Notes: generated by a model from the sequence alone, not told the origin. DNA of 51,868 nt from a virus (IMGVR_UViG_3300009345_000002:1-51868); one strand, 5' to 3'; positions 19,603-27,341 are shown, counted from the stretch's first letter. Numbers and translations are program-made.

Positions 19603-19840
19603 TTTCCCTCTTGCAAAACCTGTAAAGGATAAGCACAGTTTTTAAGTATTTCTGTAAAAAATACTTAATTATTATGGAGGCCGCAGGTAGAATTTAATAC
19701 AATCTCACCGTAAGGCGAATGCTCAGTTCAAGTCTGAGGGTAACCGAGAAACCCATCGAGTGGGGCAATTGACTAGGATGTAAAACAGAGAAGAAATTGC
19801 AGCAGTTTTAGATATTTCTGCTAAATAAAAAAATATCTAC
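19601..19840 (+). ncRNA. structured intergenic RNA containing a tRNA-like domain (19676-19746) flanked by two pseudoknots
   Basis: T-arm CTCAG-TTCAAGT-CTGAG, partial acceptor stem GGAGGCC/GGTAACC, GNRA hairpins, PK2 19635-19668, PK3 19801-19839. Confidence 0.5.
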
Positions 19841-19878
19841 CTATAAATTAACTAAACAAAATAAAGGAAAAAAATAAT

Positions 19879-20391
19879 ATGACTGTAATAGCAGCAAGAA
19901 AAACTGATAAAGGTGTAGAAATTTCATGGGATAGTTTTTGTGGAGACACTTATAGAAAAGGAAAAGTAGATAGGCTTTCAAACCTAGATAAGAAAATTGA
20001 CGGTAATAACTTTAAGGCTCTTATTTGTGGTAGTGCAAGCTCTGGGAGTCTTTTAAAGTTTTTCTCAAAACACAATGGTATTGAAAGTGCAACCGAAATG
20101 GATATTCTTGGCTATTTAATTAGATTTAAAGAATGGTGCAGAGAAAAACTTCCAGCTCCAGATTTAAACATGGATATGATTATTATTATGGATGGTAAAA
20201 TATTTGAAGTAGATGCTGACCAGTTAGTTGTTTTTGAGAATACAGAATTTATTTCAATGGGTGCAGGTCAGCAATATGCAGCAACAGCATTGCATCTTGG
20301 TCATACAGCAGAAGATGCATGTAAAATTGCTTGCCAATTGTCTAATCATTGCTTAGAGCCTGTTAGAACTGAGGTAATAAAATATGACTAA
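19879..20391 (+). CDS. HslV/proteasome-like Ntn hydrolase
   Basis: N-terminal M-T-V-I-A (Thr1), ISWDS, SMGAGQQYA..AL, A...ACQLS pattern. Confidence 0.7.
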   Translation: MTVIAARKTDKGVEISWDSFCGDTYRKGKVDRLSNLDKKIDGNNFKALICGSASSGSLLKFFSKHNGIESATEMDILGYLIRFKEWCREKLPAPDLNMDMIIIMDGKIFEVDADQLVVFENTEFISMGAGQQYAATALHLGHTAEDACKIACQLSNHCLEPVRTEVIKYD

Positions 20392-20581
20392 TATATATAA
20401 GTTTGAAACTAACACTACTTATACACTTGAAGAAGTATTCAAGAGAAGTGGTCAGGAACTTAGAGATATATGGTTAGATAAACCAAAATATATAGTTAAA
20501 CATACAACAAACAGACACAAAAGAAGAGCTTTAAAAAAAATGAGGTTAAAGAATGAAACTAATAGAGTTAATAAAAACTGA
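20384..20581 (+). CDS. hypothetical protein
   Basis: GAGG RBS; basic NRHKRR tail. Confidence 0.55.
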   Translation: MTNIYKFETNTTYTLEEVFKRSGQELRDIWLDKPKYIVKHTTNRHKRRALKKMRLKNETNRVNKN

Positions 20582-20759
20582 TAAATTTGTTGATTTTAAA
20601 TTTAAAGAAGATCATGATGATCATTTATATTCTACAACAGGGAATGAAGTAAACCCTAGCGAAATATATAATCATGAATATGATTGCTATTTATCTTTAT
20701 CATCAATAATTGAAATGCTAGATAAAGAAGTAATAATTACAGGAGAGAATAATGACTAA
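20553..20759 (+). CDS. hypothetical protein
   Basis: ORF with GAGG RBS. Confidence 0.55.
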   Translation: MKLIELIKTDKFVDFKFKEDHDDHLYSTTGNEVNPSEIYNHEYDCYLSLSSIIEMLDKEVIITGENND

Positions 20760-20967
20760 TTTACTACTATGGATTTCTATAATATTAAATATAATATTTT
20801 TCAGAGCAATAATTATACATTCAAAAACATTAAAAGATATAAGAAAAATTGCAAATATGCAAATTAATATTTTATCATTAAAAGGCTGTATTGGATATAA
20901 TGAATTTGTAGAGGTTATGGATTCATTAAATAGAATAAGCGATAAAACAGAAAGGCATAAAAAATGA
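20752..20967 (+). CDS. small protein with N-terminal TM helix
   Basis: AGGAG RBS; hydrophobic N-terminus. Confidence 0.6.
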   Translation: MTNLLLWISIILNIIFFRAIIIHSKTLKDIRKIANMQINILSLKGCIGYNEFVEVMDSLNRISDKTERHKK

Positions 20968-21731
20968 CTAAAAAAACACAAACACCTATGACAGCAACAG
21001 CTTGTTTTGAGCTTATTAAAAAAAGTAAAAATGTTGCAGACCATAAATTTTTAAACGAGTTAGAAAAAACAACTAAGCCAATGCTTGATAAAGCTTTTGC
21101 AATTGGTCAAGAGTATAAAATAAGACAATTGTTATTTACATTGAAAGTTATTGCAAAAGAAAAAATATTAGTTGATTTAGGTTTTGATACATATGTTTAT
21201 AGAGATGATGTTGAGCAATTTGTTGATATGTATGCAGAAACAAATGATTCTAAACATATTGCAATCATTGAACTTGAAAAGTATGAAAGAGAAATACCTA
21301 ATCATATTGCCGAAGATGTGCTTAAATTAAAAGAATTAGACATTTTTGATAGATTTCTTATTGTTTATACAGATTACACTCAAAAGACAAAGAAACGAGT
21401 TGAAAAAGAGCGTGATCCTATTATATTTGGAATATTTGAAAGAGGTAAAGGTCATAATGTAGAAATTTACGATAAGATGTATTTTATTGGAGATTGGGAA
21501 GATGATTATTGCGACCTTACTCTTGAAAAAATGGTTGATGTAATGGCTAAGAAAAAGAATAAAGATATTAAACATAGCACTTTTGCTAGTACTGATATTA
21601 AATCTATTGAAAAATACATGGAAAAACTATCTGAAAGTAATGATAAGACTAATTTTAGAATAATTCCAAATAAAAAACCTACTGTATTTAAAAAAGTAAC
21701 AAGAGTGCTTAAATCATGGATAGGTCAATAG
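20964..21731 (+). CDS. conserved-looking hypothetical protein (DPIIFG...FIGDWEDDYCDLTL)
   Basis: 255-aa ORF with motif-like C-terminal half. Confidence 0.75.
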   Translation: MTKKTQTPMTATACFELIKKSKNVADHKFLNELEKTTKPMLDKAFAIGQEYKIRQLLFTLKVIAKEKILVDLGFDTYVYRDDVEQFVDMYAETNDSKHIAIIELEKYEREIPNHIAEDVLKLKELDIFDRFLIVYTDYTQKTKKRVEKERDPIIFGIFERGKGHNVEIYDKMYFIGDWEDDYCDLTLEKMVDVMAKKKNKDIKHSTFASTDIKSIEKYMEKLSESNDKTNFRIIPNKKPTVFKKVTRVLKSWIGQ

Positions 21732-22093
21732 ATTTAACACAAAACTTTCTCTTTTCAAAGAATCCTTTATCTGATATTTCAAATATGAGTTTTGGAATTA
21801 AGAGTAAATTATTTCAAAAATCTTTTTCTCTGGTGGAATTTATACATGGAAGTAATCCAGCAGATGAAAGACAAAGAGCTTGGAGTAATACAACTTTATT
21901 ACTTGGAGTAAATTCAAATAAAAATGAAGATTATCTAAAATATTGTGAAATTGAATCTGGTAATAGTTGTTTCTGCTGTGGGAAAAAAGAAAATATTTTT
22001 AAAAATGTTAGATTAGGATTTATTGGTATTTGTGGAGAATGTGATCGCAGAATGGAGAATATGGAATCAACAAAAAAATGGTTGCAATCCTAG
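21716..22093 (+). CDS. zinc-finger hypothetical protein
   Basis: CFCC...CGEC. Confidence 0.65.
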   Translation: MDRSIDLTQNFLFSKNPLSDISNMSFGIKSKLFQKSFSLVEFIHGSNPADERQRAWSNTTLLLGVNSNKNEDYLKYCEIESGNSCFCCGKKENIFKNVRLGFIGICGECDRRMENMESTKKWLQS

Positions 22094-22110
22094 TATTTTT
22101 GTGGTATATT
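22082..22110 (+). promoter_or_regulatory. promoter for candidate sRNA-B
   Basis: TTGCAA(22082)-17-TATATT(22105), TG extended -10. Confidence 0.65.
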
Positions 22111-22115
22111 TATAA

Positions 22116-22212
22116 ATGAGGTTATCAACACCTCGTTCAAAATTAAAAAAATATATTTTTTTTTATTTTGTTTATTTGTTTAGGGAAAAGTAGGTTTTTA
22201 GCCTGCTTTTTC
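22116..22212 (+). ncRNA. candidate small RNA B (~95 nt), antisense to CA-rich mRNA leaders
   Basis: 5' hairpin GAGGT/ACCTC, GU-rich core TTTTATTTTGTTTATTTGTTTAGG, terminator hairpin, no RBS-led ORF. Confidence 0.55.
22185..22212 (+). terminator. intrinsic terminator
   Basis: AAAAGTAGGT-TTTTA-GCCTGCTTTT followed by T-rich tail. Confidence 0.65.
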
Positions 22213-22213
22213 A

Positions 22214-22279
22214 TTTTTTTATTGTTTTTACTTGACACCTGTCAGATAAGGTGCTATATTATACATATACTAAACAAAA
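22214..22279 (+). promoter_or_regulatory. duplicated 66-bp promoter cassette, copy 2
   Basis: TTGACA(22232)-17-TATATT(22255); CACCT-N8-AGGTG inverted repeat in spacer. Confidence 0.85.
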
Positions 22280-22294
22280 CAAGGAACAAAATAA

Positions 22295-22663
22295 ATGAAA
22301 AGAATGCAAAAATATTTAACAATCATTGTAGATAAAAATGAAAGCTTTGAGGAGTGGGCTGAAAAGTTTAAAATTGATTCTGATTCCGAACTATATCAAG
22401 ACTTAGATAAGTGCTATATGGAAAGCGAGAATGAGATTCAATATGCTCCAGTATTTAACTTTGATGATGATGAATTTGCAAGACATGGTATGGATGTTGT
22501 AGACGAATATGAAGAAGATACAAATTCTTATATTACAACAAGATCAGGATGTAAAGATGGTATTGCAGAATCTATTTATAATGAATATGTTGGAGAAACA
22601 AAACTAGACCCAATTACATCTGCTTATATTTACGAGTTAATAAAAGATGAGGTATATTTCTAA
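22295..22663 (+). CDS. acidic hypothetical protein
   Basis: First ORF after promoter; D/E-rich. Confidence 0.7.
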   Translation: MKRMQKYLTIIVDKNESFEEWAEKFKIDSDSELYQDLDKCYMESENEIQYAPVFNFDDDEFARHGMDVVDEYEEDTNSYITTRSGCKDGIAESIYNEYVGETKLDPITSAYIYELIKDEVYF

Positions 22664-22899
22664 TGATTACAGATAATAAAAATACATTTTTTGTAAGGTA
22701 CGAATGCCAAAAATGTGGCCATGATAAATATTTCTTTACCCCCAGGGGTTTCTGTTGGCCTGCTGCTGTGATAGGACTTATTATTTTTCCACCATTAGCA
22801 CTTATAGGGTTTATAGGAATGAACACACCAGTAAAAAACTGCAAAGAATGTGGCTCAAGAAAGGTCAAGAGAATAAAGATTGGAGAAAGTGATGAATAG
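22663..22899 (+). CDS. small Zn-ribbon membrane protein (CxxC-TM-CxxC)
   Basis: CQKC, hydrophobic stretch, CKEC. Confidence 0.65.
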   Translation: MITDNKNTFFVRYECQKCGHDKYFFTPRGFCWPAAVIGLIIFPPLALIGFIGMNTPVKNCKECGSRKVKRIKIGESDE

Positions 22900-23023
22900 C
22901 TTAATAGACTGGTATATAGATCAATATAATGCTTTTGTTGAACTATGGATGCTACCATCGCACAAAGCTAGTATAAACAAACCAAACTACCCACAAATAG
23001 TACCAAATGATAATTTTAAATAA
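22892..23023 (+). CDS. small hypothetical protein (43 aa, not in track)
   Basis: GGAGA RBS, fills gap. Confidence 0.4.
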   Translation: MNSLIDWYIDQYNAFVELWMLPSHKASINKPNYPQIVPNDNFK

Positions 23024-23036
23024 GGAGAAAAAATAA

Positions 23037-23204
23037 ATGGAAAAGTTTTATGAAATAATGAAAAAGTCGCCTAAAGTAGTTCAAGTACTTTTAGTCGCTT
23101 TAGGCAGTATCGGTTTGTATGTTGTATATAGATTTAGATATTTAGTTTTAATTATTGCTATTGCAGCAATTGTAATTTATATGAGCATGCAAGGGGGTAT
23201 GTAA
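23037..23204 (+). CDS. small membrane protein (55 aa, not in track)
   Basis: AAGGAG RBS, two hydrophobic segments, TAATG coupling to the MTase. Confidence 0.6.
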   Translation: MEKFYEIMKKSPKVVQVLLVALGSIGLYVVYRFRYLVLIIAIAAIVIYMSMQGGM

Positions 23205-24400
23205 TGCAAATATTAAGTTTATTTAATGGTATGTCTGTTGCCAGTCAAGCACTAAAAGAAATTAATGTAAAGCCAGAAAAAACATATGTTTCTGATATTG
23301 ACAAATGGGCCAATGATAATACAAGATATAATCATCCTGATAGTATCCATGTTGGTGATGTAACAAAATGGAGAGAGTGGAATATAGATTGGTCTAAAAT
23401 TGATTTAGTTGTAGCAGGCTCACCTTGCCAAGGTTTTAGTTTTGCAGGTAAGCAATTAGCTTTTGATGACCCAAGATCTGCTTTGTTCTTTGAGTTCTTA
23501 CAAATTCTTAATTATGTTAAGCAGCACAACCCAGATGTTAAATTTATGCTTGAGAATGTTAAGATGAAAAAAGAATTTCTTGATACAATTACCAATCTAC
23601 TAAAAGCTGATCCTATTTTGATCAATAGTGCTTTAGTAACTGCCCAAAACAGGCAAAGATACTATTGGACTAAAGAAGATATAGCACAGCCAGAAGATCT
23701 AGGAATTATGTTAAAAGATATCTTACAAGAAGACAATGAAGTTGATAGTAAATATTTCTTATCAGAAGAACAAATCAACAAAATTGATTTTACTAATATA
23801 AATAAAACATTCAAGTCTGATGTTAAAGTTCTTGGTCATAGAAAAGGTTTCAGAAGAAATACTCAATGCTTTGATCCGACAGGAAAGACTGAATGTCTTG
23901 ACACATGCACAAGTGGTGGCAGACAGCCTCATGTATTAAAAATTAATAAAAAAGGTAAGATTAAGTCAAATCAGAATAAAGCATCTTGCTTAACTGGTGG
24001 TGGGCATAGTGGAGGAAACCATTCAGATATGGATATCATTGCTAAAGGAGTTGCTCAGAGAGGTAGATATAATGAAGAAATAGCTACATCTGATAAAGAT
24101 ATTCATCAGTTAAAATGTGATAGTGGTTATCAAGATAATAAAGTTGGAATTAAGAAATCACCAACATTAAGAGCAGGTAATAGTTTTGTTCTTGGTATGG
24201 ATGAAAGATTCTTTATTAGAAGACTAACACCTACTGAGTGTGAGAGGCTACAGGGGCTACCTGATGGATATACTAAGTATGGCAGAAAAGAAGATGGAAC
24301 TGTTTACGAAATCTCAGATACTCAAAGATATAAAATGCTTGGGAATGGATGGACTTTGCCAGTTATTAAACATATATTTAAACAAATATTAGGAGAATAA
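23204..24400 (+). CDS. dcm: DNA cytosine-5 methyltransferase
   Basis: LSLFNG, AGSPCQGFS, LENV, AQNRQRYYW, RRLTPTECERLQG, YKMLGNGW. Confidence 0.95.
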   Translation: MQILSLFNGMSVASQALKEINVKPEKTYVSDIDKWANDNTRYNHPDSIHVGDVTKWREWNIDWSKIDLVVAGSPCQGFSFAGKQLAFDDPRSALFFEFLQILNYVKQHNPDVKFMLENVKMKKEFLDTITNLLKADPILINSALVTAQNRQRYYWTKEDIAQPEDLGIMLKDILQEDNEVDSKYFLSEEQINKIDFTNINKTFKSDVKVLGHRKGFRRNTQCFDPTGKTECLDTCTSGGRQPHVLKINKKGKIKSNQNKASCLTGGGHSGGNHSDMDIIAKGVAQRGRYNEEIATSDKDIHQLKCDSGYQDNKVGIKKSPTLRAGNSFVLGMDERFFIRRLTPTECERLQGLPDGYTKYGRKEDGTVYEISDTQRYKMLGNGWTLPVIKHIFKQILGE

Positions 24401-24509
24401 GATGACACAGCAAGAGAGAATTAACTTAGTATTGGATTATTTAATTAACCAATGTGAAAAAAAATTAGCAGAAAAATCGCCTTATCTGCTTTATATATAG
24501 GAGAAAATT

Positions 24510-24644
24510 ATGGGACTATTTATTTTAGGGAGCATATTTGGTACTTTAATAGTATCGCCAATATTGCAAAGCTTATTAGTTAAATTAGATTTTTGGCTAG
24601 AAGATAGAGAAGATGAAAAACATGGGAGGCATGGAGACAGATGA
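24510..24644 (+). CDS. small membrane protein (44 aa, not in track)
   Basis: AGGAG RBS, hydrophobic N-terminus, ATGA overlap with next gene. Confidence 0.5.
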   Translation: MGLFILGSIFGTLIVSPILQSLLVKLDFWLEDREDEKHGRHGDR

Positions 24645-25057
24645 CTAAAACACTAGATGACTTTATTAATAATTTAGAATTATACCATTCTGAAATTGAA
24701 AGAATTGAAAAGGAAGTTGGCTTTAATGCTAGGAAAATGGAAGTTAAACGCGAGCATTTTGATAAAAAGCATGGGGCTGGGGCTTATAATATTTTTCATG
24801 ATTTGGTTCAGCTTGCTTATATGAAGAAAAAATATGATGCTGTTACAGAATCTTTAGAAAAACCTGTTGAGTTTAGCAATCATATCGTTGTAAATAACCT
24901 ACAGACAGCTATTCAGACTACTTTACAAGATGAAAAGATAGATCTATCACAAGCAATTAATGAAAGAGAAGAAAAGCTTGGTTATATGGTTAGACTTTAT
25001 AATGTTGATAATGCTGGCATGATAACACCAAACACATTACGATTAAAAAAAGTATAA
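24641..25057 (+). CDS. hypothetical protein
   Basis: GGAG RBS. Confidence 0.7.
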   Translation: MTKTLDDFINNLELYHSEIERIEKEVGFNARKMEVKREHFDKKHGAGAYNIFHDLVQLAYMKKKYDAVTESLEKPVEFSNHIVVNNLQTAIQTTLQDEKIDLSQAINEREEKLGYMVRLYNVDNAGMITPNTLRLKKV

Positions 25058-25115
25058 ATGTAATCCTGATAACTTTTTATCAATATTTAAAGATGATATA
25101 GAGAAAGAATAGAAT

Positions 25116-25240
25116 TGATATAATATATATAAATAAGACCCTGGGGGTGTCTTTAAGTACCCTCACTAGATTATGGATAAAATATCCACCGTAAAATTAC
25201 GCACTATACCTTTTAAGCACGTCCATAGGAGGACATAACG
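25116..25240 (+). promoter_or_regulatory. extended -10 promoter and structured 5' leader (pseudoknot PK4, SD-occluding hairpin)
   Basis: TGaTATAAT at 25116-25124; AAGAC-CCT-GGGGGT-GTCTT-TAAGT-ACCCTC; GTCC-ATAGGA-GGAC. Confidence 0.5.
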
Positions 25241-25546
25241 ATGTTAAACAGAAAAACTGTTAAACAGTTGAAACAAGAAATTGCAGATTTAAATACTCAA
25301 CGCGATATTCTTTTAGAAGACGGTGATGGAGTAGTGGTAAATCTCTGTAATGTTCATACCCTTAATATTCAAATTCAAAAACGCGAAAGCATGATTAAGG
25401 ATATTAAAGATATGTTAATTAAACAGGAGCGTTTGCTTGAATACGATATTCAGCTTACTAAAGATAAGATTGATCTATTAACTGAATCAGTCATTGTCGG
25501 CGATAACTCCAAAGAGAACCAAAGACTAATTAAACTAAGAAATTAA
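25241..25546 (+). CDS. coiled-coil hypothetical protein (frame continues past TAA to 25639)
   Basis: AGGAGG RBS; heptad pattern. Confidence 0.7.
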   Translation: MLNRKTVKQLKQEIADLNTQRDILLEDGDGVVVNLCNVHTLNIQIQKRESMIKDIKDMLIKQERLLEYDIQLTKDKIDLLTESVIVGDNSKENQRLIKLRN

Positions 25547-25604
25547 ACCGTTGAAGAGTTAGGATTTTTAGAAGACGAACTTACTCTACTTAGGAGAGAG
25601 AAAA

Positions 25605-25805
25605 ATGAGTTTAAGCCATGTCTACCAACTCCAGCATGAGTTAAGAAGTGCAGAATCATATTTAAGATTTTGCAAGTCTCAACAAAGCAATCAATTATCC
25701 ATTGCAATAGCAGGTAAGGACAAAATAAATGAACAAGTCAAGAAAGCACAAAGGCAAGTATGGGAAATTAAGAAGGAGTTGGCAGTTGCTACAGAAGAAA
25801 CATAG
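25605..25805 (+). CDS. hypothetical protein
   Basis: AGGAG RBS; last + strand gene before terminator. Confidence 0.65.
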   Translation: MSLSHVYQLQHELRSAESYLRFCKSQQSNQLSIAIAGKDKINEQVKKAQRQVWEIKKELAVATEET

Positions 25806-25824
25806 AAAATGATATTTTACGATC

Positions 25825-25856
25825 AAAAAAGACCCATAATTACTATGGGTCTTTTT
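25825..25856. terminator. bidirectional intrinsic terminator between convergent arms
   Basis: AAAAAAGACCCATA-ATTAC-TATGGGTCTTTTT. Confidence 0.85.
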
Positions 25857-25894
25857 ATTTAAGTATGGTTATATCAAGCATGTGATGTTGATAC
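25825..25894 (-). ncRNA. candidate small RNA C (~70 nt), antisense to lysis-operon 5' end
   Basis: Minus-strand TTGACA(25928-25923)-17-TACATT(25905-25900); contains CTTGATATAACCAT; ends at terminator. Confidence 0.5.
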
Positions 25895-25928
25895 TTAATA
25901 ATGTATCACTAATTGACTAATCTGTCAA

Positions 25929-26234
25929 CTACTTCTTTTGCTTACTTGTTGGAGTTAAATAACCAGCAATACCAGTTGCAATTACAGTACCAATAGCTTG
26001 AGTAACACTAACTGTTGTTTCCACTCCTGCTGCAACATAAGCTGCTTGAACAATAGCTGTACCAAGTTCTGGGCTAATAGCAATACCAATAGACGAGCCA
26101 ATTGATAAAACAAGAGAAACCATTGAAGATTTTTCTTTAGCTCTATTAACAACAAAACTTTTACTGTTTTTTAAAGTAGGTCTGATTATATTTTTCTCAA
26201 CTACCTTACATAAGCTTTTTAATTTTTCTAACAT
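25929..26234 (-). CDS. putative holin / lysis membrane protein
   Basis: Basic N-terminus, hydrophobic helices, basic C-terminus, adjacent to endolysin. Confidence 0.55.
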   Translation of the reverse strand: MLEKLKSLCKVVEKNIIRPTLKNSKSFVVNRAKEKSSMVSLVLSIGSSIGIAISPELGTAIVQAAYVAAGVETTVSVTQAIGTVIATGIAGYLTPTSKQKK

Positions 26235-26253
26235 TTTTTTGTTCCTTTATTTT

Positions 26254-26616
26254 TTAATAACCGAATATTGTTTGATGCTCTCTGTCATCAATATGCACAA
26301 TATCTTTTCTTATTCCAACTGTAAGGCCCAATGCTATAGCAGTTGTTATAAATTTAATTCTTTGTTCTTGATTCCAATGAGACCAAGGAAAATCTACAGC
26401 TCTACCTAGCTTATGCATAGAATCCTCACTACCACCTATTTTTTTATTGAACTCTTCTGATCTCCAAGAAGAACTAGGAGATAATCCAAACCCAACAATA
26501 TGTCTTAAGAATCCTATTTTAGATAAGAACCCTTTATCCATATGCTCAAAAACATTAACCCTACCATAATCCATAGTGAACTCAGTAGGTTTGAAATATT
26601 TATCAAAATAATCCAT
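26254..26616 (-). CDS. peptidase M15A-family endolysin
   Basis: SSWRS..FN..IGG..DSMH.LGRAVD...VHIDDR zinc-peptidase motifs. Confidence 0.85.
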   Translation of the reverse strand: MDYFDKYFKPTEFTMDYGRVNVFEHMDKGFLSKIGFLRHIVGFGLSPSSSWRSEEFNKKIGGSEDSMHKLGRAVDFPWSHWNQEQRIKFITTAIALGLTVGIRKDIVHIDDREHQTIFGY

Positions 26617-26676
26617 ATATTTTTTTCCTTTCTTTGTTTGTAATATTATATATTATAACAGAAAAAAGCTAGTTTA

Positions 26677-27210
26677 TCAACCAGCCTTATTCATCATCTT
26701 TTCTAGTAGTAATAACTTACTCGTTATTCGCTCTTGTCTCGTCCTCAGTTGGTTGGATTCCTCCCTCAGAAGACCCATTTCCTTCTTTATCGAAAAAACC
26801 TCAGCATTTGTATTTGTTAGATCAGTTCTAAGACTTTCTCTTGTTCTAACAACCTCTTGGCTTAGGTTTTTGTTTTGTTCAGACATTATTTTAACCGTTG
26901 TTGATACTGTAGCTAATTGCTCCCTAACTTTAAAGTTCTGGTCTGACATCTTTTTATTCATATCAGATAACTCATCTTTTACTTCTAGCATTATATTTGC
27001 TAGTTCTATTTTAGTTTTTAACGGCTCTAACTCAGAGTTTGCTCTGTTATCGCTTGTAATTTTTTCTTGAGTTTTACTATTATTTGCTTGGTCTTTTATC
27101 TGCTCGTCATAAGATCTAAACTTATCAACAAGCAACCAACAAAATCCTAAAAATAAAGCCCCAACTATAAAGCCCTGTATACTATTTTTACTGTTTAAAT
27201 CAATTTGCAT
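26677..27210 (-). CDS. N-terminal TM + coiled-coil protein (lysis accessory, spanin/holin-like)
   Basis: One TM helix then long coiled coil; immediately upstream of endolysin. Confidence 0.55.
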   Translation of the reverse strand: MQIDLNSKNSIQGFIVGALFLGFCWLLVDKFRSYDEQIKDQANNSKTQEKITSDNRANSELEPLKTKIELANIMLEVKDELSDMNKKMSDQNFKVREQLATVSTTVKIMSEQNKNLSQEVVRTRESLRTDLTNTNAEVFSIKKEMGLLREESNQLRTRQERITSKLLLLEKMMNKAG

Positions 27211-27311
27211 AATAAACCTTTCTAATTAAGAGTAGGAAAGGGGCGAACCCCAAACCTAAACCTTAATATAACCATATTTACATAATACAACTAATTAGTA
27301 TAAATAGTCAA
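27211..27311 (-). promoter_or_regulatory. lysis-operon promoter and structured leader
   Basis: TTGACT(27311-27306)-18-TATTAT(27287-27282); leader starts ATGGTTATATTAAGG and has GGGG-TTCG-CCCC hairpin. Confidence 0.6.
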
Positions 27312-27312
27312 T

Positions 27313-27341
27313 AAAAAAGACACCTGTAAAGATGTCTTTTT
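27313..27341 (-). terminator. intrinsic terminator
   Basis: AAAAAGACATCT-TTAC-AGGTGTCTTTTTT on minus strand. Confidence 0.75.

Noticed and set aside
19676-19746. Canonical or ochre-suppressor tRNA; c-di-GMP riboswitch
   Set aside because: No 5-bp/7-nt anticodon arm, the TTA lies in the D-like loop, and the acceptor has two mismatches; riboswitch core motifs are not in the right order
9684-25639. Genome-wide stop-codon reassignment (TAA)
   Set aside because: TAA is the normal stop of most genes and long genes are intact in code 11; only two isolated cases, and no credible suppressor tRNA
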